Positions 12,567 through 24,642 of a stretch of 64,000 nucleotides of DNA are shown one piece after another (within the stretch, counting starts at the first letter, position 1; the number at the start of each line of letters is the position of its first letter). The notes beneath the pieces are model-generated. The model was given only the letters and a program-made list of their open reading frames with translations, searched no databases and was not told where the DNA came from. Made by a program: the position numbers and the translations under genes. The stretch is from Octopus vulgaris (Eukaryota), in assembly GCA_951406725.2 (NCBI GenBank), contig OX597820.1:37758001-37822000 (forward strand). The letters are read 5' to 3'.

Positions 12567-13569
12567 AGCCCAAGACGGAACAGATATTTTCACGAGGCAT
12601 TTCCGACGTTGCCAAGTTTAAATATATATTAAATATATATATATATATATATATTTAAGTGTGTCTGTGTTTGTCATTCCGCCCTCGCATAACAACGGAT
12701 GTAAAGTGGTTCGGCAAAAGAGACCGATAGAATAAGTATTAGGCTTACAAAGAATAAATCCTGGGGTTCATTTCTTCGACTAAAACCATTCAAGGTGATA
12801 CTCCAGCATGGCCGCAGTCAAATGACTGAAACAAGTGTAAAAATAAAAGAATAAAATCTGAAAAAGAAACACACAGAGAAAAAAGTAGATTAAGAGAAAA
12901 GATTTGAAGCGGAACTTACAGAAAAAGAAATACTACTGAAGAATGGAGAAAAAGAGATCTTTCCATTGTTTGTATCCTGTAAGACCACATGTGTAAAAAT
13001 GAGGCAAAATGAAATATCTGAATAATAACCCAAACGCTTTGCATTGTGAAAAACGACGATCTGATTAATGCTTGGCTACAAACAGGTACACACAAATGAA
13101 AAAGAGAAGCTACCATTAACTGCAGACTCTGCAACCACTATAAATAAAAATTTAAACAATTGACTATTGTTTCAGGCTGTCCCATCCTCACAATGACAAG
13201 ATATATAACCTAGATATTTCCTGGATAAGTAACTATATCTGCAGGTCAAACTACTGAAGCTTTTGCATAGAAACTAAGAATAAGTGATGGGGGCATGTAA
13301 CTAATGTGGTTTGTGGTAATGCTATGGTTATAGACTTATGAGATTTATCTTTTCTAGACTGAAAAGGAGATGGAATTCAAATCATCACGATATCATTGTC
13401 AAAACAAAAATAGTAGGAACATATATTCTGAAAGCAGTAAAAATATATTTCAAGGTACAATGACTTCACAATGGATATTATCGGATAAGAGTAAATATGT
13501 TACATATATATATATATATAATGTACGCGCAGGGTTTGCATCGCCGTCCGATGCCTTTTTTTCATTTTA

Positions 13570-14000
13570 ATAATGGTTTCAAATTTTGGACTTCAGTATT
13601 TGTAAGGGGGAGGATAAGCTGATTACATTGACCTCAGGGTTCACCTGATACTTATTTTATCCACTCCAAAAGGATGAAAAGCAAAGTGGATCTCAGTAGT
13701 GGAATTTGAACTCAGAGCATAAAGCCGGACGAAATAATTACCAGCATTTCGTCCGGCGTGCTTTACGATTCTGCCAGTTTACAGCCTTACGAATATTAAT
13801 AATGATAATAATCCTTTCTATTTCTAGGCGCAAGGCCTGGAATTTTGGCGGGAGTGGTATAATCGATTTCACCGGCCCCAGCTCTTGACTGGTATTTATT
13901 TCATCGACCCCGAAAGGATGAAATGTAAAATCGGCAGAATTTGAACTCAGAACGTAAAGACAGACGAGATGCTGCTCAGCATTTTATCTGGCTTGCTATA
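13570..14000 (-). mobile_element. Two decayed family A SINEs
   Basis: Reverse-complement B box GAATTTGAACTCAG and ATCGACCCCGAAAGGATGAAA. Confidence 0.85.
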
Positions 14001-14769
14001 TAATTTTAATAATACAAGCACTCTACAAATACAATAGACGATATTGGTGACACGACAGGAACAAGTGGTGTAGCGAAAAACTTATAGTAAAACTACTGAA
14101 ATACAAAACAAAATATAAAACAATAATGAAAAAATATTTTTTTAAATAAACCACTTAATTGATTAATTTGTTTTTAAGCAAGAATAATTCATTAGATTCT
14201 GATCATCAAGTCCAACCTTACACGTTTAAACCCTTCCTCACTATAAAAGAAATATTGATGAAGGAAAAAAATAATTTAATAAAAATAATAAAAACAGAAT
14301 GAAAAACAAATTAAACAAATCACCTATTGAGTTGAAAGAAACAAAACAGACTTTTACGTGAAGTTGATAATTAAGCCACTTAAAAAATCTATCAAGAACT
14401 AAAAGATTTTAATAAAATATGATCACCAAAAGTGTCTTTACTTTTTCAGTAAGATGTTTTTATAAACTTGAAGGAAAAAAAAATTAAATTTCTGAATTTA
14501 TTTAAAATGTTAAAATAAGATAAATATTCATGTTGAAAAAATAAATGAAAAATCTCATTCATTTTAATGTGTCCAAAGTAATAAAAAAATATTCTCTTCC
14601 ATAATTAAGGTAAAAAAAATTAGCTTGAGAACCGAGTAGATGTTTCTTTTCGCCTTAAAACAACTAGAACCGTATTATTATTATTATTATTATTATATTT
14701 CCCAGATAATATTATAAGCGAAAGGGATGCATGGAAATATTACATTTTAGAAACGTTCTTATTTTTATT

Positions 14770-15140
14770 CATTCATCTATCCATTATTCCAGAGTGGGTT
14801 GAGGGTGTAGAATCCTCTGGGGTCCATAGGGTCCTATCAGAAGCAACCGTCTTTCCACTTCCCGGTTGGGTTCCCAAGCACGACCAACTGAAACTATGGA
14901 TAGTACTCATCCATCTCATTCTTGGTTTACTTCTCTGTCTCCTCTCTGTTGGCTCAGCTTGAAAAATTCGTCTTGCAGGTATTTTCTGCGACCTGCTAAT
15001 CACATGTCCGTAGTATCGGAGCTATAAACTCACAATGCGGAGAAGTAGCGGTTGGAACTGCAGGGACGTCCTGATATTCGAGTTACGCATCCTGTCGTAT
15101 AACGTTATTCCAAAGATCCTTCGAAGGAACCGTTTCAGCC
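14770..15140 (-). mobile_element. RTE-like LINE 3' fragment
   Basis: ITLYDRMRNSNIR..LRYYGHVISR..PARRIFQAEPTERRQRSKPRMRW..VASDRTLW, typical of an RTE ORF C-terminus. Confidence 0.8.
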
Positions 15141-15338
15141 GCTTATATTCGCAATCATACTCTTTCTGTCATTTTTATTTTGATTTTAATTTTGATGCAT
15201 AAATTTATAGATCTTCATAAACAATGCTTTATTATGTTAAAGATTTCAACCATATTTTCGTTCCATAGTCGAGGTTGTGTAGACCGTAACAATCGTTTCC
15301 ACATGTATTTATTTCGTTTATATCCCATAGCCTAGCTC

Positions 15339-15780
15339 AGTGGTTCTCAACCGGAGCCTGTATGACTCTTGGTGGGCAGGAGGGTTCACATAAGATTTTG
15401 TTTGCTAAAATTTGTGTGCAATAAACTGGTTTTACTTCTGCTATACACAAATAATTATAATCATAATTAATTAATTTGTTTTGACGAAGAATAATTCATT
15501 AGATTCTGATCATTAAGTCCAACCTCACACGTTTAAACCTTAAAAATATGTTGATGCAGGAAAAAATAATTTAATAAAAATAATAAAAATATAATGAAAA
15601 AACAAAAAGCAAAATAAACATATCTTATTGAGTTGAAAGAAGGTAATCAAACTTTTACAAAACTAATTTTAATTATAAAAATATAAAAGGATTTTTTAAA
15701 TATTGAATGGCGACGATGTTCCTACCAAGCAAGATAGGAATCAAAGTGTGTCGAAGGTAACAATTAGCTGAGAACCGCCG
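15339..15780. mobile_element. Decayed hAT-type MITE
   Basis: Left TIR CAGTGGTTCTCAACC; degenerate right TIR AGCTGAGAACCGCCG. Confidence 0.65.
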
Positions 15781-15861
15781 ATCTTTGTGGTTGAAAGCAT
15801 AACACTTGAACACACGAATATCATGACAAGAAGAGTAAAAATGATGTTATAGATAATTTCT

Positions 15862-16060
15862 AAGGCGGCGAGGTGGAAGAATCGTTAGTACGAAGGGTAA
15901 AATGCATAGAAGCATTTCGTCCGCCCTTGCGTTCTGACTTCAAATTACGACCTTAGTTTTCGTCCTTTCGGAGTTGATAAATCAAGTGCAATAGGGGTCG
16001 ATGAAATTGACTAGATCCCACCCACCAAGTTTCAGGCCTTGGGCATATAGTAGAAAGGAC
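15862..16060 (+). mobile_element. Decayed family A SINE
   Basis: AAGGCGGCGAGGTGGAAGAATCGTTAG head and degenerate body. Confidence 0.8.
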
Positions 16061-17789
16061 ATTATCGATATTATCCTTTTATATTTAGAAATGAGAAGCA
16101 AGAATTTGAATGTAGATCTAAAATATTATATTCAGACTTTAAATTTTAATCTAATATTGGATAGTTTCGACATGGATGACAAAGTGGATTTCAAACCAAT
16201 TCTCTTCTACATTTATTTCACTCGCTGAGCAGTCCGGAAGTAACTACATTCCACTCAATATTGAGTCCTTTAACAATTTTAGTCATCTTAACCACTTTCT
16301 TCACGACAATGGACTTTTTAAGGAAAGAAAACACAGTGCTGAAGTATGTGTCCCTTATTGAAAATTTCGTCGTCGTATCATCATCATCAACATTATTATT
16401 ACTGTTGGTGGCCTTATTCAACTACTAATTGAATAAGTTTAAAGACGAAACTTAAGGACCCAGTCCAAACGAAATATAATTTTCCCATTGGGCACCTTTA
16501 TGTAGAAACCTGTTGCCGGTGAGTCAAATTTGGGACCGGTTTCCATTCTTGGTCGCTGTGTTTCTATCGTATTTAAAGTTAGTATGACTGTATGTCGAAA
16601 GTCGCATTTTCTCTATCCTGATTTCATTTAGTCTAATAACATAGTAACCTTGGCTACGGAAGTTATCGTTGTTTCTGAATTATAGACGTAACTGCGTGAT
16701 GTTCTTCACGCTTATTACAGATAAAGATAAAATGAAGCTACTTTTTGTCATAAAGATTGGTGAAACCATAGTAACAGAGGTACAGGTAATCTACGAAAAT
16801 ATCTGGTTTCACTGACCACCGTCATTTACAAATAGTGACTACCAATCACAGTTTCATGCGAAACTAATGACTCCATAATGAGAGAGGAGGCACTTTAGTA
16901 AACTAATAAACGAAAGAATCAAATGTTGCAGCAATATCCTTTATTTTCCAAGTGGAATCGCAAAGGAATAGGCACTCCATCAAAAACAAAGTAAAACTAA
17001 TACAAAAGAATAATAAAAAAAAACTCAGTAAATGATCCATCGAACCTTTCGCTGGTTTTCTGCCGTTTACCGGATCGTTATTCTGTGTTTTACTTGTGGA
17101 AGTGACTTCCTTCTTCAAGTTGCTGCAACCGAAATGGGTCTCATAATGCTGCATCAGGAATTTCTGTTTCCTATTAACTGAGGTCGGTCCTCAAATTTCA
17201 TACTGTGCGTCTTTGTTAATAACATCAATGTCAACAGAGAAAGAACGCTCTTCTTTCTCTAATAAGGTGCGAACATTTAAATATATATCGTGGTGTTCAG
17301 TACGATAGCAGTTACCAGCAAATCTATTTCCTACAAGAGGACATCAAGTAATTTTATTTACATACAGTAAAGTAGGTAGTAACATAATTAATGTAATTAG
17401 GAGTAAATTTTGAATAATTAAAATTTCACAAATGATTAAAGAACCAACCATTATTTGTCGTAATGACTATTTCTGGTCAAACCAAGTAAGGGAGACAACC
17501 TCCGGATTTTAATGGTGGAATGTCATGAGGATTGAGTTTGATCACTATTCAAATATAACTTCAATGGTAATCACCGATATGTTAGAGAGGAGTGAAGTAA
17601 GTTTCAAACGAAACCACAAGAAATAAATTTAGATTTCGAATTTTATGCGAAACCAAATTATCTCACTTTTCTTATTTCAGTAATGCCCTTATCACACTTA
17701 TAATACTCTTTATTGTACAAACAATACCACAGAGAGGAATTAAATTGCGGTGAGAACAAGGCAGAGACCTCTTAACAGTTAATTATTTA

Positions 17790-18030
17790 ATATGCCAAAG
17801 CCGGAGATCAAAGAGCCACTCCAAGTAGAGCCACTACTTCTCCGAATTGAGAGATCACAGCTCCAATAATCTGGATATGTGGCAAGAATTTCACCGGGCA
17901 AAACTAAGCGGCAGGAGACTCAGGCGTAGATCACAAGCAAGATGGTTGTACAATGTCCATGAGCTTGGTTGGTCTCGCTTGGGAACCCAGTCAGATCAAT
18001 TGGAGATGGTTGCTTCTGACAGAACACTCT
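17790..18030 (+). mobile_element. RTE-like LINE 3' fragment, same family as 14770-15140
   Basis: RRLRRRSQARWLYNVHELGWSRLGTQSDQLEMVASDRTL aligns with the 14773-15003 peptide. Confidence 0.75.
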
Positions 18031-18384
18031 CGAGAATAAGTGAGCGAAAAAGATGAGATGAGCTGCCAAGATCGTTTACTTCTCAATGCAAGAAAGGAGT
18101 AGAATTACAACATTATAGCCAACGACCGCAACACAACAATAACAACAGCTGCAGTAAGAACAGCAACTCTAACAAGCAAGAACGAAGGAGTCTCTACATG
18201 TGACAATTAAGAGATCATTACACGGTTGTTCGACCTGCTAGAAACAGCAGCCAAATTCGACATACTAAAGTAGCTACTCTTAAAAAGTGATGGTCAGGAT
18301 CGGAACGTCTTCGAGGTCATAAGTCTGCTCAAACATTCGCAATAATAACAACAATAACAGCGAGAATAACAAGTATCTTTTACC

Positions 18385-18555
18385 TTTTACTCATTTCAGT
18401 CATTAGACTGCGGCCATGCCTCGAAGAATTTTTAGTCGAATGTATCGACCCCAGTACTTACATTTTATAATCCTGGTACTTATTCTATCGGTGGTTTTTG
18501 CCGAGCCGCTATGTTACACACCAGCACCGGTTGTCAAGCGGTGGTGGGGTGACAA
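18385..18555 (-). mobile_element. Family B SINE 3' part
   Basis: TTTCAGTCATTAGACTGCGGCCATG..GGTTGTCAAGCGGTGGTGGGG. Confidence 0.8.
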
Positions 18556-19354
18556 GGTGAGTATCTATGAGAGTTCTAGACAGGGAATTTACTGTTTATA
18601 AAGGAATAAAGCAGTAGGTATAAGAATAAAGGGTAAAACAGTAGATAGAAGAATACAGAGAGGCGAATGAAGTTCACAGCTCATCTTCTTTCAGAGGGTA
18701 TGGAGGTTGGTCCGAACTTCCTTGAAGGTATAGGTCCTTAAGTATAAGCCCAGGTAAATCCAAGCAGTATTTTGGCAGTATTTTGAATATTGCGTTCATG
18801 TTGAAGGGACAGATGAAGTGGATAGTTTGTATGAAAATGGTCTACGTGGGTATATAGCCTGATAAAGACAGACACCATGATAGACAGATATGGGTTGTGA
18901 GTTAGTGAATAGAAGAGAGAAGAGAAAGGAAGAAAAGACAGAAATGGGATAGGTGCAGGAGAAAATGAATGAAGGCGAAAAAAAAATCAAAATAAAAAAT
19001 AAAGATAAAAGATGCTAGTATTTTCAGTGAAGTTTATTCATGGTCGGTTCGGGGTGAGAGGTCAGGTATTAAGGTTTTGGCAAAGTGGAGGAGGAAGGCA
19101 TTTATGGCTATTAATTAAATTGATGAATTCTAGGTTCGGTGTGGTCTGTAAGGATAGCTAAAAATAGATGCCTAACTTAAGGGAGTATATATGGGACCAA
19201 AAATACAATTAAATGGATAAAAGATAAAGAATTAAAGAATTAAAAATTAAAAAAAGATTATAGATTAGAAATTAAAAAAGATTATTGAGGCTAGCTAGCT
19301 TCTAAGATATTTATGCTGATAGATGAAAGAGAAAAAAACCGTACTTATATTCTT

Positions 19355-19748
19355 TTCTTCTCTAGTCACAAGGCCCGAAATTTTGAGGGAAGGAAAAGTT
19401 GATTAGATCGACCCCAGTACGCAACTGGTGCTTAATTTATCGACCCCGAAAGGAAGACAGGCAAAGTCGACCGCGGTGGAATTTGAACTCAGAACGTAAA
19501 GACAGACGAAATACCTATTTCTTTATTGCCCACAAGGGGCTAAACACAGAGAGGCCAAACAAGGACAGACAAACGGATTAAGTCGATTATATCGACCGCA
19601 GTGCGTAACTGGTACTTAATTTATCGACCCCGAAAGGATGAAAGGCAAAGTCGATCTCGGCGGAATTTGAACTCAGAACGTAAAGGTAGACGAAATACGG
19701 CTACACATTTCGCCCAGCGTGCTAATGTTTCTGCCAGCCCGCCGCCTT
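19355..19748 (-). mobile_element. Young family A SINE with duplicated body and TSD
   Basis: Two GAATTTGAACTCAGAACG units; flanks AAAAACCGTACTTATATT / AAAAACGTATTTATATT. Confidence 0.92.
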
Positions 19749-19869
19749 AAAAACGTATTTATATTGTAACGACCGTGGATATACATAGCTAGTGTTATGC
19801 GTGTTGATTTTGCTTGCATTAGGACCTATGGAAGAATCTAAAAATACGATAGAGAGCCACTGCCTGGTA

Positions 19870-19917
<48 letters not shown>

Positions 19918-19949
19918 GTTATTATTATTGTTGTTATTATTATTATTAT

Positions 19950-20258
19950 TCAGTAGTTTTATTTTTATTTTTATAGCGTGCTTTCACTTCACTACCGAGC
20001 ACAGCTCTGTGTGCCTTGGGTATGTGCTGTGATTTGTTGTGATGCTCTGATGGTTATTGTATGGAAAGTGTTCTGCGTAGGATGTGTGCAGTGCCTAGTA
20101 GTGCAATTTTCTGTATGTTATATGTGTTTGTAAGTCCTGGTGTTTTTGTTATGTATTTGTCTGAATATTTTTTTATCATACCTAATGCACCTACTATGAT
20201 AGGAATTGTTTCTGTTTTCAGATTCCACATTCTAGTTACCTCTATTTCCAGGTCTTTG
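19950..20258 (-). mobile_element. 3' end of an RLE-type non-LTR retrotransposon (R4/Dong-like) within (TAA)n
   Basis: Minus translation DLEIEVTRMWNLKTETIPIIVGALGMIKK..IQKIALLGTAHILRRTL*, then 3' UTR; flanked by (ATT)n. Confidence 0.88.
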
Positions 20259-20340
<82 letters not shown>

Positions 20341-20367
20341 TTATTATTTTTATTATTATTATTATTG

Positions 20368-20921
20368 AGTGAGAGAGCAGTGCATGCCATCAAAGTGACA
20401 CTGGGGTAAAATATACGAAGCCCAATATACCCATCATGACTACCCGTCTGATAAAGGTACACCAGGCACATGCATCACAACCATATGTGCGCGACATGGT
20501 GATCTCATATCAAGATAAACAGCACATGACCTTGCAGGTGGGGCCCAGTTAGAATTTTCTTCAGGTTGAGTAGCCCATCCCACTCAAAATGTCCCTGAAT
20601 AAGGGTTGTTTAAGGATGTTGAAAGAACCACCCATGTTTCCAGAGGTGAATTATTCAAACCCCAAAGAATCCCTCTCAACACATGGCTATGATGCTCCCC
20701 CACTACTTCTGCTCGTGATCAGAGATGCACATATCGTCAGCCACTAGGGGCCATGCTCAACTGGTTAAGGCCAAACAACTGACCAAGCAAATCTGTGGTA
20801 TTGAGCAGAATATTTGCTGTAGCCCATCTTTTATACCAAGACAAAACAATGTACATGATAACACTTCCAATCAGTTAAGATCAGAAGCCATGAGAGCCAC
20901 TGCCTGGTACTGCATCAGGTC
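20368..20921 (-). mobile_element. Non-coding interspersed repeat of about 550 bp in (ATT)n, probably a non-autonomous retroelement
   Basis: Bounded by (ATT)n; partial copies at about 42560-42708 and 19852-19869; strand inferred. Confidence 0.65.
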
Positions 20922-21015
<94 letters not shown>

Positions 21016-21019
21016 TATA

Positions 21020-21215
21020 GGAATTAAATTTACGCTTATTAGATGAGGTAACAATAGATTTTATATTGTGTGGAGAGGAGTAGGATAATTTCAGAATAGA
21101 CCTGAATAGTATTTATGGTGACGTGGGAAGTTAGAGTTCACCATTGTAAAAAAGGTTTAAAGCGAATGGGGGAATAAACCAGAGAATCGATCTTCCCCAT
21201 TGTTATTAGGCAAAA
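21020..21215 (-). mobile_element. Penelope-like element fragment
   Basis: GRSILWFIPPF..NSNFPRHHKYYS..RSILKLSYS..NIKSIVTSSN (RT-to-GIY-YIG linker), homologous to about 43080-43300. Confidence 0.75.
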
Positions 21216-21759
21216 TAGAGGACGCATAATCTGCATACATATATACGACATATATACCAAATCCACTCACAACGCTTTGGTCGGCCCTAGACTATAGTAG
21301 AAGGCACTTGCCCAAGGTGCCACATGTTGGGAAGCAAGCTTCTTACCACACAGCCACACCTTGGTCAATTCTTTAACAAAGCAACAAGAATTATAGCGCC
21401 GCTGCTTATCCTTCTTTGGTTTTCGTATCGTAACATTAAATCTGTAAAAGATAAATCTCATCACATTAGTCCATCGATGTTAATTCCAATAGAACCGCCC
21501 CAACTCCATACTTTTTTCCTGTTCGCTACCTGCTTATATAGAATTAAATGACCTGTCCACAAATACAATGTAACGTCTGTAGACGATTTGAACTCAAGCA
21601 CTATGATTCAGAAACAACAGAAGGAACAGCGGTAGTTAGACATGTGATTCTCTATCCACCAATTAGCTATTTATTGTATTCTTTTAATATTCAGCATTGT
21701 TTGAAATAGAATTGTGTAAAAAGAAATAGAGAAGCTGCACTTTATACCTTGTTCAATCG

Positions 21760-22068
21760 CTCTCCTCCCCACTCCTTCTCTCTCTCCGTCTGTCATTTTC
21801 ATTCCTCTTTTTCTCTCACCTCTTCTCCCTATCATTCTACCTCTATTTTTATCTCTCTCTCTTCTTTAGGTCATTCTCTGACATCTCCTCTAACTCCCTT
21901 TACCTTCTCTTTGTTTCTCTGATTCGTATTTTGCCTCTATTTCAACTCTCTTTCATTCCTTTTAGTCTTTCTTCTCCACCTCTTTCCATTTTCTTTCTCT
22001 ATTCCCTTCATCTCTGTCTACCTCTTCTTTCTATCTTTCTTGCACATACCTCCTTTCTTTCTTTCTTC

Positions 22069-22107
<39 letters not shown>

Positions 22108-22110
22108 TTT
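21760..22110. repeat. Polypyrimidine low-complexity tract and (TTTC)n
   Basis: Direct reading. Confidence 0.9.
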
Positions 22111-23104
22111 GTTTTTACTTTTCTTGTGAGAGTAAAAAAAAATCCTTTTACGTACATTTCTGCATCACGTGATACCTGTTTGTTCTCTTCAATATAATGC
22201 AGTTGACATTCAGAGAAAGTCATTCTAACACAAATATACATATACGAATGTATATTTGAGCATGTTCACACACACAAACTCTCTCTCTCTCTCACACACG
22301 TACAAACATGACGATAGTCTTTGTATGTAGCAAAATTTCCAACAATGAATGCATATGGATGCATTCATTTTTCTTTTCTTTCCTCTTTCGACTATATTTA
22401 TTTTGCAGTTAAATGGCTGCCGGGGGAATATAGTTTGCTTTGTGATAGACAAACTGATTGATTTCTTTTCGCTGTGACTGTTTTTGTCTCTTTTATACTG
22501 AGATTGGCACTGTCTGATATTGCACGTTCTAGCAGAGAGAACGCTATGTAACTCGCTTTTGATAAAAAACAAGACAGTTATGAGTTGTCAGTTTTATATG
22601 TACCAAGAGGGCGCCTCTTTCTGATCGCTCGACCTGTTAGAACTAACAGACAAATCTTCTTTAACTTACACAAACTCTTCTCTTCTTATATAATCTTTAT
22701 AACCGTAGCTGTCATCACTTTCTTTACGTTTATACATGAATTAGTCAGAAAAAAAAGGAAAGTAGCCATGATCTTTATCAGCCTGCTGTACTAAATATAG
22801 GGAAAGAATTAATAAATATAGAAGGTATGAATAACAAGAGGAGGAGAAATGAGTGATTCGGTAACGCCTGAATGAAGATGGTATTTGACCAGCATGCCTC
22901 AAGAAATAAAGGCCACTGTAGTAGCAGCAACAATCGAAAAGAGACATAGCAAGTCTGTTCTGTGTCTTTGTGGTCGACTTCATTTCGATAAATCTAGAGG
23001 CTACTTTTCAATGCAATCACAGGTATCTGTATACTCAGTAGAAATAGCATCAGCAACAGCAGCACTAGCAACAGCAACATCAACAACAACAGCAGCACTG
23101 TGCT

Positions 23105-24000
23105 AGAGGTGGGAGCAGTACGTACTTGTAGGTCTAATCCAAGTTATGTAGAAGGAATCCGGTCTTTGTCGTACAATCTCTGCTACGTTGTGTATGAGTA
23201 TTCTCCACGAGAAAGCGTCAGTGTTGATGAGGCCTGTTACTTTTAGCAATGGTAAGGGTTCAAGTTGTGAGCTATTTATGTTTAGGAGTGAAGACATGCG
23301 ATAATGTTTCCTTGCTGTTGAAGGAGACAAAATTGGCACGGCTCCATTGGAGAAAGATTTCGAGATCTTTTTTCATGGAACAAATGCTTATTTGGTCCGA
23401 GGTATTAAGGTTGCACGTAGATGGTGCCCGAGTACGAAAGATCAGGAAAAAAAGAGTGATATTATTTATGTAGGAGTTTCTTCTGATTCATTTCGTTCTG
23501 AGTTTAAATTCCGCCGAGGTCAACTTTGCCTTTCACCCTTTCGGGATCGATATAATAAAGTACAGGTTGAGTACTGAGGTGCTAAAATTTGAAAGAGTTA
23601 TTTGTGTAGGAGTGAGCTATGTTGGTGCTGCAGGTAAGTAGATCGTGGGTTTATCGGAGAAAGTGTGTGTGAATGGGGGTGGTAATGCAAAACCGGATCC
23701 TGGAACACCCCAGAGTTAATAGAGAGTAGGCTATAGAAAGCTCCACCAGTATACGCCACGATATTGCAAACTGACAGGAAACCTTTATCAAAGAGACGCT
23801 AGAGGAGCGGAACTCAAATCGTTTTGCCAGGGAGATATGCATGCTACACACGTTCGAAAGCTATGTTTATATTAAGGGCAACCACGCCGCTTTCACTAAA
23901 TATCTCAAGAGGGAAGGACTGTTAGTGATTGAAAGATAAAAAGCAAGTACCTAGCAGATCTGACTTTACGGAAGTTGTACTAGTGGTCATTGAGGAGAGA
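23105..24000 (-). mobile_element. Decayed CR1/L2/jockey-group LINE RT, interrupted by a family A SINE (about 23475-23600, +)
   Basis: VALNINIAFERV*H (cf. ALDISKAFDRVWH), INSGVFQDPVL (cf. GVPQGSVL), KDLEIFLQWSRANFVSFNSK. Confidence 0.75.
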
Positions 24001-24404
24001 TTGTAAGAGTGAAAGATAGCTAGTTAGTTAGATAAATAGATAGATTGATAGAGAGATTGATAGACAGATAGATACATAGACAAACGAATAGACAGATAGA
24101 TAGATTCAAGTTATTGATGATGAATGTTGTTAATAGCTATCTCCATTTCCTTTAAGATATTAGAAGTGGGTGTAATAGGAAGGTATCTGGCTGGGTCAGA
24201 AGGGTTACCTTTTTGTTAATAAGACCACAGTGGCGTACTTTCAAAGATCGGGATATATCCTGCGTACGTGTGAAAGTGTATGGGAGAAAGAGAGGGAGAG
24301 AGAAAGAGAGAGAGAGAGAGAAGGAGAGAGAAGACATTGAAGAATTTGGTGAAGTTCGAGATATTTTGGAGCTCATTGTTTCGTAAAGGTAGGTAAAGTT
24401 ACCC

Positions 24405-24642
24405 TCTCGAATCATACCGACTCATAACAGCCGGTTTCCTGGTTTCATGGCGTATAAGTTTCCCACCTGGATGTAATGCCAGTCCATCGCAGGATTACTC
24501 ATTTTTGCTTGCTGAGTGGACTGGAGAACGTAAAAACGAAGTGTTTTGCACAAGAACACAACACGTCGCTCGGTCCAGGAATCGAAACCACAATCTTACG
24601 ATCATGAGTTCACCACCATAACAACTAAATCACGCTCCTCCA
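24405..24642 (-). mobile_element. tRNA-derived SINE with family D-like head/CORE and family C-like tail
   Basis: Minus: GGTTTCGATTCC, GTGTTGTGTTCTTG..AAACACTT, CTGCGATGGACTGGC..TCCAG..GAAACCAGGAAACCGG. Confidence 0.8.

Larger units (their letters stand above)
11842..12620 (-). mobile_element. Retrozyme-like or PLE pLTR-like non-autonomous element: 285-bp direct repeats (11842-12126, 12336-12620), 494-bp period
   Basis: Repeats read as identical; each contains a hammerhead ribozyme; flanked by (TA)n on both sides. Confidence 0.8.
11690..12850 (+). mobile_element. Family B (CORE-like) SINE split at its internal (TA)n by the 11842-12620 insertion
   Basis: Head TGGTTGTGTGGTAAG..GGTTCAGTCC..ACCTTGGGCAAGT at about 11690-11825; matching tail GTGTCTGTGTTTGTC..GGCCGCAGTCAAATGACTGAAACAAG at about 12658-12850. 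Confidence 0.88.

Noticed and set aside
13358-13454. Possible plus-strand exon (TTTTCTAG|..CAAG|GTAC); similar candidates near 16135-16343 and 38710-38832
   Set aside because: Splice-like signals are present but there is no recognisable peptide or consistent exon chain; unsupported without RNA data
18560-19330. Possible PLE tail remnant; similar doubtful LINE/PLE remnants at about 24650-25085, 40780-41070 and 58300-58530
   Set aside because: Too decayed for diagnostic motifs
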